Shown one piece after another: positions 7,520-15,751 of a stretch of DNA of 32,000 bases (position 1 is the stretch's first letter; each line of letters opens with the position of its first letter). Below the pieces are notes generated by a model, which did no database searches, was not told where the DNA came from, and worked only from the letters and a program-made list of their open reading frames with translations. This DNA comes from Gemmata obscuriglobus (GTDB taxonomy: Bacteria; Planctomycetota; Planctomycetia; Gemmatales; Gemmataceae): positions 8,460,001 through 8,492,000 of the forward strand of contig NZ_CP042911.1 of assembly GCF_008065095.1 (NCBI RefSeq), read 5' to 3'. Both the position numbers and the translations under genes were made by a program.

Positions 7520-10500
7520 TCACTCGCCGGGGCGTCGGGTGAGGTTGTCGAGCGTGCTTCGGATCGCTTTCTTTGCGTTTTCGAGCGTTTCGGCGCGGGC
7601 ACGGTCCTTCTCCTTTTTGGTCTTGGCTTTCTTCATCTGCACGGCGCCGGCGTCGAGCGCATCGGAGATCGCACCCTTGCGGTTCGCCAGCAGGTCGTAT
7701 GTGTTACTGTGCGACTCCAACTCCTGAGCGCGGCGCCTGTTCTCGTCGGTGTTGAGCGAGTTGCCCGCGTCGGCTACGCGACCGGCCCGGCGCGTGCTGG
7801 CGACGGCGCGGAAGTCGTTCAGCTCCTGGGCGAGGGCGCTGCGCACGTGTCCGGCCAGCTCGGCGCGCTCGACGAAGGTATCGTCCTCGCTCTCCTCGTC
7901 ACCCCACAGCGTGCTGTTGACGGTGGTGACGGCGGGCACGGCCGCCATCTGTCGGGCCAGTTCTTCGACGGTCCGGTTCGACAGGTCCTTGCCGCTCTCT
8001 TCTCGCTTGTCGAGCAGCTTGAACAGCTTCTCTTGCCGGTCCGGGTTGTCGAGGTGCTTTGCTACGGCCAGAGCCTTTTCCGGTTCCAGCGTGCCGCGTG
8101 CAACGCGATCAAACGCCTTGTCGTTGAGCTTGGTCATGGTGGCCGCATCCTCGGCCAGCTTGCCTTTCAGGCTCACCCCGTGCTTCTCCAAATCGGCCGG
8201 GCTGACCCCCATGTCCCGCATGAACTTCGCCGCATCAACGGCGGTGCCGCGGCCCTCCGCGATGTTGATCAACGCCCCTTTCGCGCGAGCTTCGCGCGCG
8301 TCCTTGGCTTGGAGGTAACGCACAGCCAGATCCGGGTGACCGGTGCGCGCCGCGAGCTCGTGCCGGTGGTGGCCGTTGACGATGTACGTTTCTCCGTCCG
8401 CCGGATCGCGCCACACGCTGACCACCCCCGCGAACTCGGGGTTGAACGATTTCACCCCTTCAAGTTCCTTCGTCACGCCGGCCGGGTTGTTGGTGTTCAG
8501 CTTGAACTGAAAACGTCCCGGGTCCACCTTCAGTTCGTGGGTCGGCACAGTCCGCACCTCGCCGGGCTTCGGCGGCGCGTTCGCCGGTGCGGCCGGAGCG
8601 GTCTGCGCGCCCTGCTGGCGGACGTGCTCGACCAGTCGGCTTGCGAGCGCGGCTTTGCTGCCGCCGATCTTCTGCCGGAACTCCAGGTTGAGCGCCCGCA
8701 GGTCTTCTTTCGACAACCCGGCCGCGTGGTCAGCCAGCGCTTTGACGTCTGCCGCGCTCAGGCTCGACGGATCGGCCAGCGCGCGCGAAACGACGTGATC
8801 CGCGCCGCGCTGCTGTGGCTGAGTGTTTTGAGCCACTCCCGCCCTCACCCAGCGCTTCACCTGATTGCCGTTGCGATCGGTGATGGTCATCAGCGTGAGA
8901 CCGGCCCGGGCCTCGGTGCTGAGCAGCGCGTACAGCGCCTCACTCACCCACTCGTGACCTTCCGCGGTGCGGCCGATGTGCTCGCTTGCGACCGATTCTT
9001 GATGACCGGTCTTCACGAGCCCCTTGATTGCGAGCTGCCGATCCGGCCCGCGCACCGGCTGACGCACCACTACCACCGCGTCACCGGTCCAGGCCGATGC
9101 GCCGTCAGCGGTGTGGTATAGCGCCCCGTCAAACTTCGTCGTCTGGCCGGCCTCCGGTCCCTCGAACGTGCCACCGAACCAGCGGATCACGTTCGCCAGA
9201 TGCTCGGCGACTTCGGGCTTGCCGTCTTTGATCGCGTCGCGGTGAACGGCTGCAAGGCGCTCGACGGTCGCGTGCCGCCGAGCTTCGGGCGAGAGCGGGA
9301 CCTGCTCGCCCGGCACGTTCCACGCGGCCGTTTCAAGGTAATCCCGCACGTCCTGTGTGGGCGCGGCCTCGGCAAGATGGTTCAGGTACTGTTTGTCAGC
9401 AGTGGGATGCTTTTTCAGCACCGCAGCGCTCGGTGCGCGGCTCGTGTTGCCGGTGTCCTTCTGGGGCGCCGGCGCGGGTACAACGTGGCCTTTCTTCAAA
9501 GTGAACCAGCGCCCGGAATCACCTTGCCAGGTCTCCCCCTCGCTCTTGGCCTCGGTGGCGATCTCGCTTTGCTCGGCCAGCGCGGACCGCAACCCTTGCT
9601 CGACGGTCGCGGCATCCGGTGTGGGCGCCTGCACCCCGAGCTGCTCGTGCAGGTGCGCGAGCAGCTCGGCGATAATCTCCGCCCACTCGTTCACGCCGTC
9701 GGTCTCGACGGCTTCCGCCCGACCGCGCACCTGACCCGCCGCCCACGCGCCGGCCTTCACGATCAGTTTCGACGCGATCGAAGCCACCAGATGCCCGGAG
9801 ATCCCCACGCCGATCGTGTCGGCGAGGTTGGCACTGACAAAGTCGGCGTTGCGCGGGTTCGCGGTGCCGCTCGATGTGTTGGGGTTGTACCCCAACTTCC
9901 CGAGATCGCTGGGCGTGTCGAAGATGTCCGCCAAGAGGCTACCGAGCGCCGCGGTCTTGGGGGAGTTCGCGACCTTGACCGCCCAGATGTACGTTTTCGC
10001 CGCGGCGGTCAGAGCGACGTCTTTCGCCTTCGCCACCACAGACGCCGCCGGCCGCTCCGCTTCCGGCAGCGCGGCAACGGCCTGGTCGATGCCGCCCGTG
10101 ATGTCGGCGCGGTCCTGGTCGGGCACCTGCTCGACGGTGCCATCTGCGCTGGGCTTCGTGCCCGCATCCGAGTTGCCCGCCTGGGGTTGGGCGACCTGCT
10201 TCCCGTCCACGTAATGCCGCTTCCGCCCCGCGGCGTCGGTGATGTCGCCGGTGAACTTCTCGCGCAGGATCTGCTCACCGAAGATGTCCGTCGGGTTTGG
10301 GCTGCTCCCATCCCCGCCGGCGCTGCCCGGCGGTGTCGAGGTCGGATCGGTGGGCGCGGGAGGTGCGCCCGGGGGAGGCGAGGCCGGAGGTAGTCCCCCG
10401 CCGCCCTGGTCTGGGAACTTGGCCTGCCACTCCGCGATGTCCTTTGCCACCTGATCGGGCTCGGCACCCGTCGATCGCATGAATTCGAGCGGGCTGGCGC

Positions 10501-11917
10501 ACTTCTGCTGGTACAGCGAAAGGAACGTCCGCGCCTTCTTCTCCTCGTCCGCGATCACCACCGGGCCGGCAGTGGCGACCGGTTTGACGCGCTTCGAGGT
10601 TCCCCGCGCTAACCGGCCCGAGCGCTCGCAGAACTCGAGTACGCGCGTCGCCACCCGGCACGCGAACGCCTTCACCCGTTCCTGCCGCCCCTGTGTCAGC
10701 CGCACGAACGGCGACCCCGTTACCAGCACGCTGGCGAAGCTCGCGTCCCCTTCGCCGCTGAAGTAGCTCGGGCACCCCCAGCGGAACCCGACGCCCTTCA
10801 ACACCAACCGCTCAACGGTCTCGAACCCGGCCGTACCGCTCGACACCGGCCCCGGTTTCACCTCGCGCCCGCCCTCGGTGCGCACGACGGTTCCCGCCTC
10901 GTAACCCGTCACACTGGTCGATGAGCCGGGGTTGCCCGCGGGCTTAACGCGGCTGTAGTCCTCGCCCATCCGAACCGAGTTGATGACCTGATCGAGAGTC
11001 GCGTTGGGGTACTGCTCCCACCACGCGATGGCTGCTTGCACCCGGGCCACGTGGGCCATGTTGTCGAGCAGCCCCAGCACCTTCCGCAACTGCTCGCCCA
11101 CCGGGAAGAAATCGGACAGCCCCCGCTTCACCGTGCGGTCCACGTTGGCCTTCATCCGCACGTACTCGGACGACGCCACCTGCCGCCCCCGTGACACGTT
11201 GGCCGGATCGCAGAGCCAGAGGCCTTCTTCGCGCTCGTCGTCGCCCTCGGCGGTGATCACTCCCCACCCGAACGGGTCCAGCGTGCTGTGACCGTCGGGG
11301 GTGCGGATCAACTCCGGCTCGATGTGACGCACATAGGGCAGCCCGTCCGATGTGTCGTCGCCCACAAAGAACCGCAGCGTCGTTTCACCCTCCACGATGA
11401 GCCGCCGCCGACATTCCTCCTCGCGATCCTCTTCACCTTGCCCCCACTCTGCGAACTCGCACCACTCCTCCCACAGCGCGAGGCACGCTTTCGCCACCGC
11501 TTCGGCCTGCGCGTCGCCCCGCCGGCGCGGCACGAACGCCAGTTGCATCGAGCCGACGAAGTTGGAGATGTGGTCGCGGAACCCGAGCGCGAGGTGATTG
11601 CGGATGCACAGGTCACGGGCCAGCGCCACATGCTGCCGCCACTCGTCTTCGTTCAGGTACGAGAGGGGCGCTTTGGTGCGGTCCTGGGTGCGCTGCGCCG
11701 GGCGGTTCACACGCCACGAGCCGTAGCCGGGGAAGCCATCGCCGGCGTCCAGCCAGTCTTGAGGCGAGAGTAGGTTGTCGAGTGACAGGAGGGTTTCTTC
11801 GAGCCGCCGCACCTTGGCCGCGTGCTCACGCTTCAACTGCGCGAGCGATGCCGACTCGACGGCCGGAGCGCCGGGGAAGTGATCGGATACGCTCAGCGTG
11901 ATGGCGGCAGGGTACAT
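7520..11917 (-). CDS. Giant portal-fusion (polyvalent-type) protein, 1465 aa: portal-slot N-terminus, low-complexity linkers, SAP-like motif, ParB/Srx-like domain, charged helical tail
   Basis: A single uninterrupted ORF with its ATG at 11917, in the portal position between the terL region and the protease. The C-terminal region has a ParB/sulfiredoxin-fold signature (…HELKVDPGRFQFKLN…FAGVVSVWRDPADGETYIVNGHHRHELAARTG…, about nt 8263-8563). This is preceded by LSKEDLRALNLEFRQKIGGSKAALASRLVEHV (about nt 8621-8716). P/G/A-rich linkers such as GGGGLPPASPPPGAPPAPTDPTSTPPGSAGGDGSSP separate the parts. Confidence 0.8.
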   Translation of the reverse strand: MYPAAITLSVSDHFPGAPAVESASLAQLKREHAAKVRRLEETLLSLDNLLSPQDWLDAGDGFPGYGSWRVNRPAQRTQDRTKAPLSYLNEDEWRQHVALARDLCIRNHLALGFRDHISNFVGSMQLAFVPRRRGDAQAEAVAKACLALWEEWCEFAEWGQGEEDREEECRRRLIVEGETTLRFFVGDDTSDGLPYVRHIEPELIRTPDGHSTLDPFGWGVITAEGDDEREEGLWLCDPANVSRGRQVASSEYVRMKANVDRTVKRGLSDFFPVGEQLRKVLGLLDNMAHVARVQAAIAWWEQYPNATLDQVINSVRMGEDYSRVKPAGNPGSSTSVTGYEAGTVVRTEGGREVKPGPVSSGTAGFETVERLVLKGVGFRWGCPSYFSGEGDASFASVLVTGSPFVRLTQGRQERVKAFACRVATRVLEFCERSGRLARGTSKRVKPVATAGPVVIADEEKKARTFLSLYQQKCASPLEFMRSTGAEPDQVAKDIAEWQAKFPDQGGGGLPPASPPPGAPPAPTDPTSTPPGSAGGDGSSPNPTDIFGEQILREKFTGDITDAAGRKRHYVDGKQVAQPQAGNSDAGTKPSADGTVEQVPDQDRADITGGIDQAVAALPEAERPAASVVAKAKDVALTAAAKTYIWAVKVANSPKTAALGSLLADIFDTPSDLGKLGYNPNTSSGTANPRNADFVSANLADTIGVGISGHLVASIASKLIVKAGAWAAGQVRGRAEAVETDGVNEWAEIIAELLAHLHEQLGVQAPTPDAATVEQGLRSALAEQSEIATEAKSEGETWQGDSGRWFTLKKGHVVPAPAPQKDTGNTSRAPSAAVLKKHPTADKQYLNHLAEAAPTQDVRDYLETAAWNVPGEQVPLSPEARRHATVERLAAVHRDAIKDGKPEVAEHLANVIRWFGGTFEGPEAGQTTKFDGALYHTADGASAWTGDAVVVVRQPVRGPDRQLAIKGLVKTGHQESVASEHIGRTAEGHEWVSEALYALLSTEARAGLTLMTITDRNGNQVKRWVRAGVAQNTQPQQRGADHVVSRALADPSSLSAADVKALADHAAGLSKEDLRALNLEFRQKIGGSKAALASRLVEHVRQQGAQTAPAAPANAPPKPGEVRTVPTHELKVDPGRFQFKLNTNNPAGVTKELEGVKSFNPEFAGVVSVWRDPADGETYIVNGHHRHELAARTGHPDLAVRYLQAKDAREARAKGALINIAEGRGTAVDAAKFMRDMGVSPADLEKHGVSLKGKLAEDAATMTKLNDKAFDRVARGTLEPEKALAVAKHLDNPDRQEKLFKLLDKREESGKDLSNRTVEELARQMAAVPAVTTVNSTLWGDEESEDDTFVERAELAGHVRSALAQELNDFRAVASTRRAGRVADAGNSLNTDENRRRAQELESHSNTYDLLANRKGAISDALDAGAVQMKKAKTKKEKDRARAETLENAKKAIRSTLDNLTRRPGE

Positions 11918-11933
11918 GCCCGGCCGATGTCAC
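11918..11933 (-). repeat. Junction motif copy B
   Basis: The 16-mer gcccggccgatgtcac fills the whole gap between the stop of the TIGR02996 gene (11934-11936) and the portal ATG (11915-11917). Confidence 0.8.
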
Positions 11934-12653
11934 TCACGCCGGCAGCTCGAACGTGACGCCGGGCCAACGGCGCTGAAAGAGCAAGCGGTTCAAAAAGCAG
12001 TTCATTTTCCAGTACGTGTCGGGCGGATCGGCAACGTCGATGTCGTCGTCGCAAAAGTTCACCCACCGATCGGCAATCAGGAACGAATCAAGCGGGGGCG
12101 GGGCCGGGTTCACGATGTGCGTCACGGTGTCCATGCTCAATAGCGCCGTCAGGCGAACGCGCGCGACCGGGTGGCTCGCGCGGGCCTCGTCGCCGTAATT
12201 GAACCACGCGCCGGGCGAACAGACGACCTCGTCGACAAAGCCGCGGCGCCAAACCACCTCGTCGGGCCACCGCCACACCTCGCGCGGCCACAGGTCTCGT
12301 TCGCGCGCGAACAGCGCGGGCAGATCGCCCGACACGTCACCACGGGCAACCGCCGCGATCCGGCACTGCACGCGAACGAACTCCGCCCGCCGCTCGTCCC
12401 CGTGCTGCGCGAGCCAGTCGGCGTACACGAGCCGCGGCGTGTCCTCGTCGGGCTGCGCGATGATGGCGGCGAGCAGGGCCGTTTCGTCGGAGGTGACCGG
12501 CGCGGGCACGAGGCCCGTGCCGTTGCAGACGTGGCATTCGAGGGAGAACGGTAGGGTTGGCGTGTGCAACCGCCCGCCCTCACATGGGCGCCCCATGTGC
12601 GGCCCGACCGCCGTGCAGGCGACCATGAGCCCGCTGCCCGGTGTACCGGTCAC
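11934..12653 (-). CDS. TIGR02996-like (Gemmata repeat-companion domain) protein with N-terminal CxxCxGxG knuckle, 239 aa
   Basis: …ECHVCNGTGLVPAPVTSDETALLAAIIAQPDEDTPRLVYADWLAQHGDERRAEFVRVQCRIA…WRRGFVDEVVCSPGAWF… matches the TIGR02996 signature from memory. The GTG start overlaps the terL stop (GTGA). Confidence 0.75.
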   Translation of the reverse strand: MTGTPGSGLMVACTAVGPHMGRPCEGGRLHTPTLPFSLECHVCNGTGLVPAPVTSDETALLAAIIAQPDEDTPRLVYADWLAQHGDERRAEFVRVQCRIAAVARGDVSGDLPALFARERDLWPREVWRWPDEVVWRRGFVDEVVCSPGAWFNYGDEARASHPVARVRLTALLSMDTVTHIVNPAPPPLDSFLIADRWVNFCDDDIDVADPPDTYWKMNCFLNRLLFQRRWPGVTFELPA

Positions 12654-14266
12654 GTTCCGCCTCCCACCAGCTCCTGGAGCCGAATCACTGCCGTCGCCAG
12701 CGCGTCGGGGCCGTCGTCGTGGTCGCCGTTGAACAGGTCGCGCAACTGGTCGACCAGCATCCGGCCCCCGACGGTGTTCCGAACGCGCAACTGGCCGCGG
12801 CGCAGGTAATCGTTGAGCACGCGGATGCGCGTCTCCTTCTTGATGACCTGTGTGCGTTCGGTGTAGGTGAGCATGACCGGGCGGCCAGCCTCGCGCCGCT
12901 CACGCAGGATCTGCTCCGCGGTCGGCCGAAACAAGCCCATCGTGTTATTCACCTCGGCGACCAGTTCCAGCGGCCCCCAGCTCGCGGCGAGGTCGATGGC
13001 GCGCTCCACCCAGCCCGGCTCGCGGCGCATCTCGCAGTCCACGTACAGCAGCCCGAACCGGGACAACCCGAGTTGCACGTGAGCCTGAAAGTCGCTCTTG
13101 TCCGAGTTGCCCTTCGACGGGTCGAGGGACTGGAGTTTCAGAACGATGTCCGTGGGCCACTGCTCGAACCAAAGGTCCGTGCGGTCGAACAGCTCCGCGG
13201 GCCACTCGGCCCCCTCGATCGTGCCCGGAACGCCTTGGTACTCCGTCTCGAAGCCGGACGCCCCGATCGTCGCGCGCAGCAACATCAGCTCGACCAGCGG
13301 CCAGCGCTGCGGCCAGTACACGCGCGCCCCCCGGTCCATCGCCGCCTTGCGTGCGGCGTAGTACGCCCGGGCGGTCTCTTCGCGGTTGGGGTCGGCGAGG
13401 TTCGATGCAAGGCGCGCGAACTCCGACCAGCTTTCCATGTCATCGGGCCAGCGGTGAACGGCTCGGAACGTCCGGCCGGTCCACCCGGGCAGTTGCCCGA
13501 TGCGCACCGCGACGGCCTCACGATGGAGCGCGCTGCCGACCGCCAAGAAGTTCGTTCGCTCGTCGCCCGCGGGCATCACCTCACGCGTCGCCCACTGCCA
13601 CGCGCGGGCGCGCTTCACGGGGCTGGTCACGTCCTCGTTGTTCTGAATGTCGTCGAAAATGATGAGGCTCGGTCGGTTGCTCCGGTTGCGGCGCCCGCGC
13701 ACCTTCTTGCCGGAGCCGAGGGCCTCGATCAGCGACCCGTTGCGGAGCCTCAAACGCGACTCCTTCCACTCCGGGCCGGTGCCCGTTGCTGTGGGGTAAG
13801 CCGCGCGAAGCAGGTCGTTCTCTTCCAGTTCCTTGCGGATGTGGCCCAACAACAGATCGGCTTGGTCGCTCGAATCGGACAGGATGAGCGTATAGGGCTC
13901 CCACTTCTCCAGGGCCGCGCGGAGCGGATAGGCTAGCGTGTTCCAGGTGCTCTTCGCCCCCCCACGGGGCGCAATGTAGCTCAACCGCGAACCGCGCCGC
14001 GTGTGCAGGCCGTCCAGGTCGCGCTCGAAATCGGCATGGAAATCGGCCGGGGGGAACCGACCGAAGTATTCCGGCAGAAACTGGCGGTTCCACGCACCGG
14101 GGCTAAGTGTCCCGGCCTCCCACTGCCGCAGCGCGGCGACGAGGTCCGCGACGGCGTCAGGTGGAAGGGCCGACAATTGCTCGTCGAGCTGCTGCGAGGA
14201 CAGCGCGCTTATCGGCGTCGGTGAGCTTCGACGTGTCGATTTTGGGCCGGTCCTGGTGCGGGCCAT
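12650..14266 (-). CDS. terL: Terminase large subunit
   Basis: Walker A (YIAPRGGAKST) and Walker B (PSLIIFDD) motifs, plus a C-terminal nuclease-like region (…LDPSKGNSDKSDFQAHV…GDHDDGPDAL). It follows terS. The start is uncertain: the ATG at 14266 overlaps terS by about 110 nt, and a TTG at 14176 is an alternative. Confidence 0.85.
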   Translation of the reverse strand: MARTRTGPKSTRRSSPTPISALSSQQLDEQLSALPPDAVADLVAALRQWEAGTLSPGAWNRQFLPEYFGRFPPADFHADFERDLDGLHTRRGSRLSYIAPRGGAKSTWNTLAYPLRAALEKWEPYTLILSDSSDQADLLLGHIRKELEENDLLRAAYPTATGTGPEWKESRLRLRNGSLIEALGSGKKVRGRRNRSNRPSLIIFDDIQNNEDVTSPVKRARAWQWATREVMPAGDERTNFLAVGSALHREAVAVRIGQLPGWTGRTFRAVHRWPDDMESWSEFARLASNLADPNREETARAYYAARKAAMDRGARVYWPQRWPLVELMLLRATIGASGFETEYQGVPGTIEGAEWPAELFDRTDLWFEQWPTDIVLKLQSLDPSKGNSDKSDFQAHVQLGLSRFGLLYVDCEMRREPGWVERAIDLAASWGPLELVAEVNNTMGLFRPTAEQILRERREAGRPVMLTYTERTQVIKKETRIRVLNDYLRRGQLRVRNTVGGRMLVDQLRDLFNGDHDDGPDALATAVIRLQELVGGGT

Positions 14267-14786
14267 CTTCTTTGAGCAACCCAAAGTGCTTCGAGAGGAT
14301 TTCGAGCGCCCGCAACTTGTCCCAGCGCTTCACCTTCACCGTCCGGACGATGTTGACCTTCAAGCGCGCCCGCTTCAACTCGCCACCGTGGGCCTGCGGC
14401 TCGCGGCTTTCTTCCGGCTCTGAGTCGTCGGCCGCGAACTCCTCCTCGGTCTCGACCGCCGCAACGGTGGCGTCCGTTGCCTCGTCCCATTCGGTCGGCG
14501 GCTTGAAGGTGCCGTCGTCGCGGTACAGCGACTTGTTGCGCTGGAACGCGATCAGGCCAAGCTCTCGGATGACGCGCTGAGGGGTGATGCCGTCCGCCGC
14601 GGCCGCGGCATCGAACAGTTCGGCCACCCTCTTCGAGATGTCATCATTTGCTAGCAAACGTGGGGCATTCGCACGCGCCGCCGCACGGCTCGCTTTCGGG
14701 TACGCGTCCTGATAAGCATCGGTCGCGTTGAACTTCCGCGCGATGTACCGGACACAAAACAACTCTTGCTGTGCTGTGAGGGCCAT
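14157..14786 (-). CDS. terS: Terminase small subunit (Terminase_2/P27-like)
   Basis: The N-terminus MALTAQQELFCVRYIARKFNATDAYQDAYPKASRAAARANAPRLLANDDISKRVAEL fits the conserved terS HTH pattern (Q..F...Y....N...A...AGY). It has an ATG start with a GGAG SD. Confidence 0.85.
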   Translation of the reverse strand: MALTAQQELFCVRYIARKFNATDAYQDAYPKASRAAARANAPRLLANDDISKRVAELFDAAAAADGITPQRVIRELGLIAFQRNKSLYRDDGTFKPPTEWDEATDATVAAVETEEEFAADDSEPEESREPQAHGGELKRARLKVNIVRTVKVKRWDKLRALEILSKHFGLLKEDGPHQDRPKIDTSKLTDADKRAVLAAARRAIVGPST

Positions 14787-14790
14787 TTCG

Positions 14791-15531
14791 TTACTCCGTT
14801 GCGGCCTCCGCTTCGAGGTCCGCCAGGACCGCCAGCAACGAATCCATTAGCGGCCAGGAGTCGCCGCTAAGCGGCACCCCGTGACGGGACGCGATCCGTT
14901 CCAGGCGTGCGCGGTGGGGGCTGCGCAACAGATCCGGTAGCACGCCCGTCGGCTGCGGCGGAGCCGTTTTCGACGGCCGCTTCATGCACACGAGCCGGCG
15001 CATCGACTGCTCGAACGCCTTCAGCGTCCGGTCGAGCGGGGCAAGTGAACACCCCTGTTCAGCGGACATGTCTGTCGCCTTTGCCAGATCCTGAATCACC
15101 CGCGTCTGGCTTACACCTTCGGCGCGGGCAATGTCCCGCGTGCTGGCTCCGGCGGCGCGGGCGGTAACGACGCGTTGCAGCCGCCGGGCGCGCGAGGCTT
15201 CCTGCTCCTCGCGTGTGAGCTGCCGCCGGTCCACGTTGAGCGCCAAGCACTCCGCACGGGCCTGCTCGTCGGTGAGTGTGCCGCGGTGCTGAACCGGCAG
15301 GTCCAGCCCCATTTCGGCCGCGATGGTGATGCGGTTCGCCCCGTCAATGACGCACCGTTCACCCCAAACGGGGCTGTCGTACGTCACCACCCGCACCAGC
15401 ACTTTCTTGTGCTGGCCGATGGACACGCGTAGTTCCGCGGCCTCGCGCTCGGTGAGGGGCCGGATCAGGTCCGCGAAGGGCAACTGATAAAGCAGCCCGC
15501 AGGCGCGGACAATGGGCAACGAGTGAGCCAT
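14791..15531 (-). CDS. ParB-like nuclease/HTH domain protein (246 aa)
   Basis: ParB N-terminal pattern (…LPFADLIRPLTEREAAELRVSIGQHKKVLVRVV…CVIDGANRITIAAEMGLDLPV…) followed by an HTH (ASTRDIARAEGVSQTRVIQDL). It lies directly upstream of terS and next to the repeat block. Confidence 0.75.
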   Translation of the reverse strand: MAHSLPIVRACGLLYQLPFADLIRPLTEREAAELRVSIGQHKKVLVRVVTYDSPVWGERCVIDGANRITIAAEMGLDLPVQHRGTLTDEQARAECLALNVDRRQLTREEQEASRARRLQRVVTARAAGASTRDIARAEGVSQTRVIQDLAKATDMSAEQGCSLAPLDRTLKAFEQSMRRLVCMKRPSKTAPPQPTGVLPDLLRSPHRARLERIASRHGVPLSGDSWPLMDSLLAVLADLEAEAATE

Positions 15532-15556
15532 TGGCTTCCGGTTCGTACAGGGGAGG

Positions 15557-15745
15557 TTAGTGCCCGTTTGACGGGGCTGGCTTCACTTTGGTTCGTCGTC
15601 CGGCGGTGGGGTGCCGGTTGCCTTCAATGACCAGGAAATCGCCGCTGCCGCTCATCAGGGCCGTTGCCGCTGCCTCGGTCGGAGCGTCGCCCACCCGCTC
15701 CCAGCGGGCTCGCTTCACGTGGAGCTTCCGCCAGAGCACAAACAC
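15557..15745 (-). CDS. Possible small protein (62 aa); N-terminal part of track ORF 15557..15841 removed because it is built from 9-mer repeats
   Basis: Third-codon positions are mostly G/C by eye, which fits coding. The first 32 codons of the track ORF (MTAVTAMT…VTTAVTT) simply translate the GGTCACAGC repeats. The start used is a GTG at 15745. Confidence 0.3.
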   Translation of the reverse strand: MFVLWRKLHVKRARWERVGDAPTEAAATALMSGSGDFLVIEGNRHPTAGRRTKVKPAPSNGH

Positions 15746-15751
15746 CGGGGT

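Noticed and set aside
7402-7602. 66-aa minus-strand ORF overlapping the 3' end of the portal fusion
   Set aside because: Its first 27 codons overlap the portal reading frame and look like off-frame basic noise. No good in-frame start exists after the portal stop. The 133-nt gap 7387-7519 therefore stays unassigned, and a short real gene cannot be excluded.
7361-9121. 586-aa plus-strand ORF, plus smaller plus-strand ORFs across 7500-11900
   Set aside because: It is antisense to the 1465-aa portal fusion. It has low-complexity Arg/Leu/Gly composition and no start context.
3253-12653. Shared C-terminal LPD/LPA endings of three proteins (…LALPD, …TELPD, …FELPA)
   Set aside because: This probably follows from the CTGCCGG(A/C) sequence that forms the 5' arm of the junction hairpins, not from a protein-level motif. 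Three short matches are too few to claim a signal.
12641-13936. 431-aa plus-strand ORF
   Set aside because: It is antisense to terL, which carries Walker A and B motifs on the minus strand.
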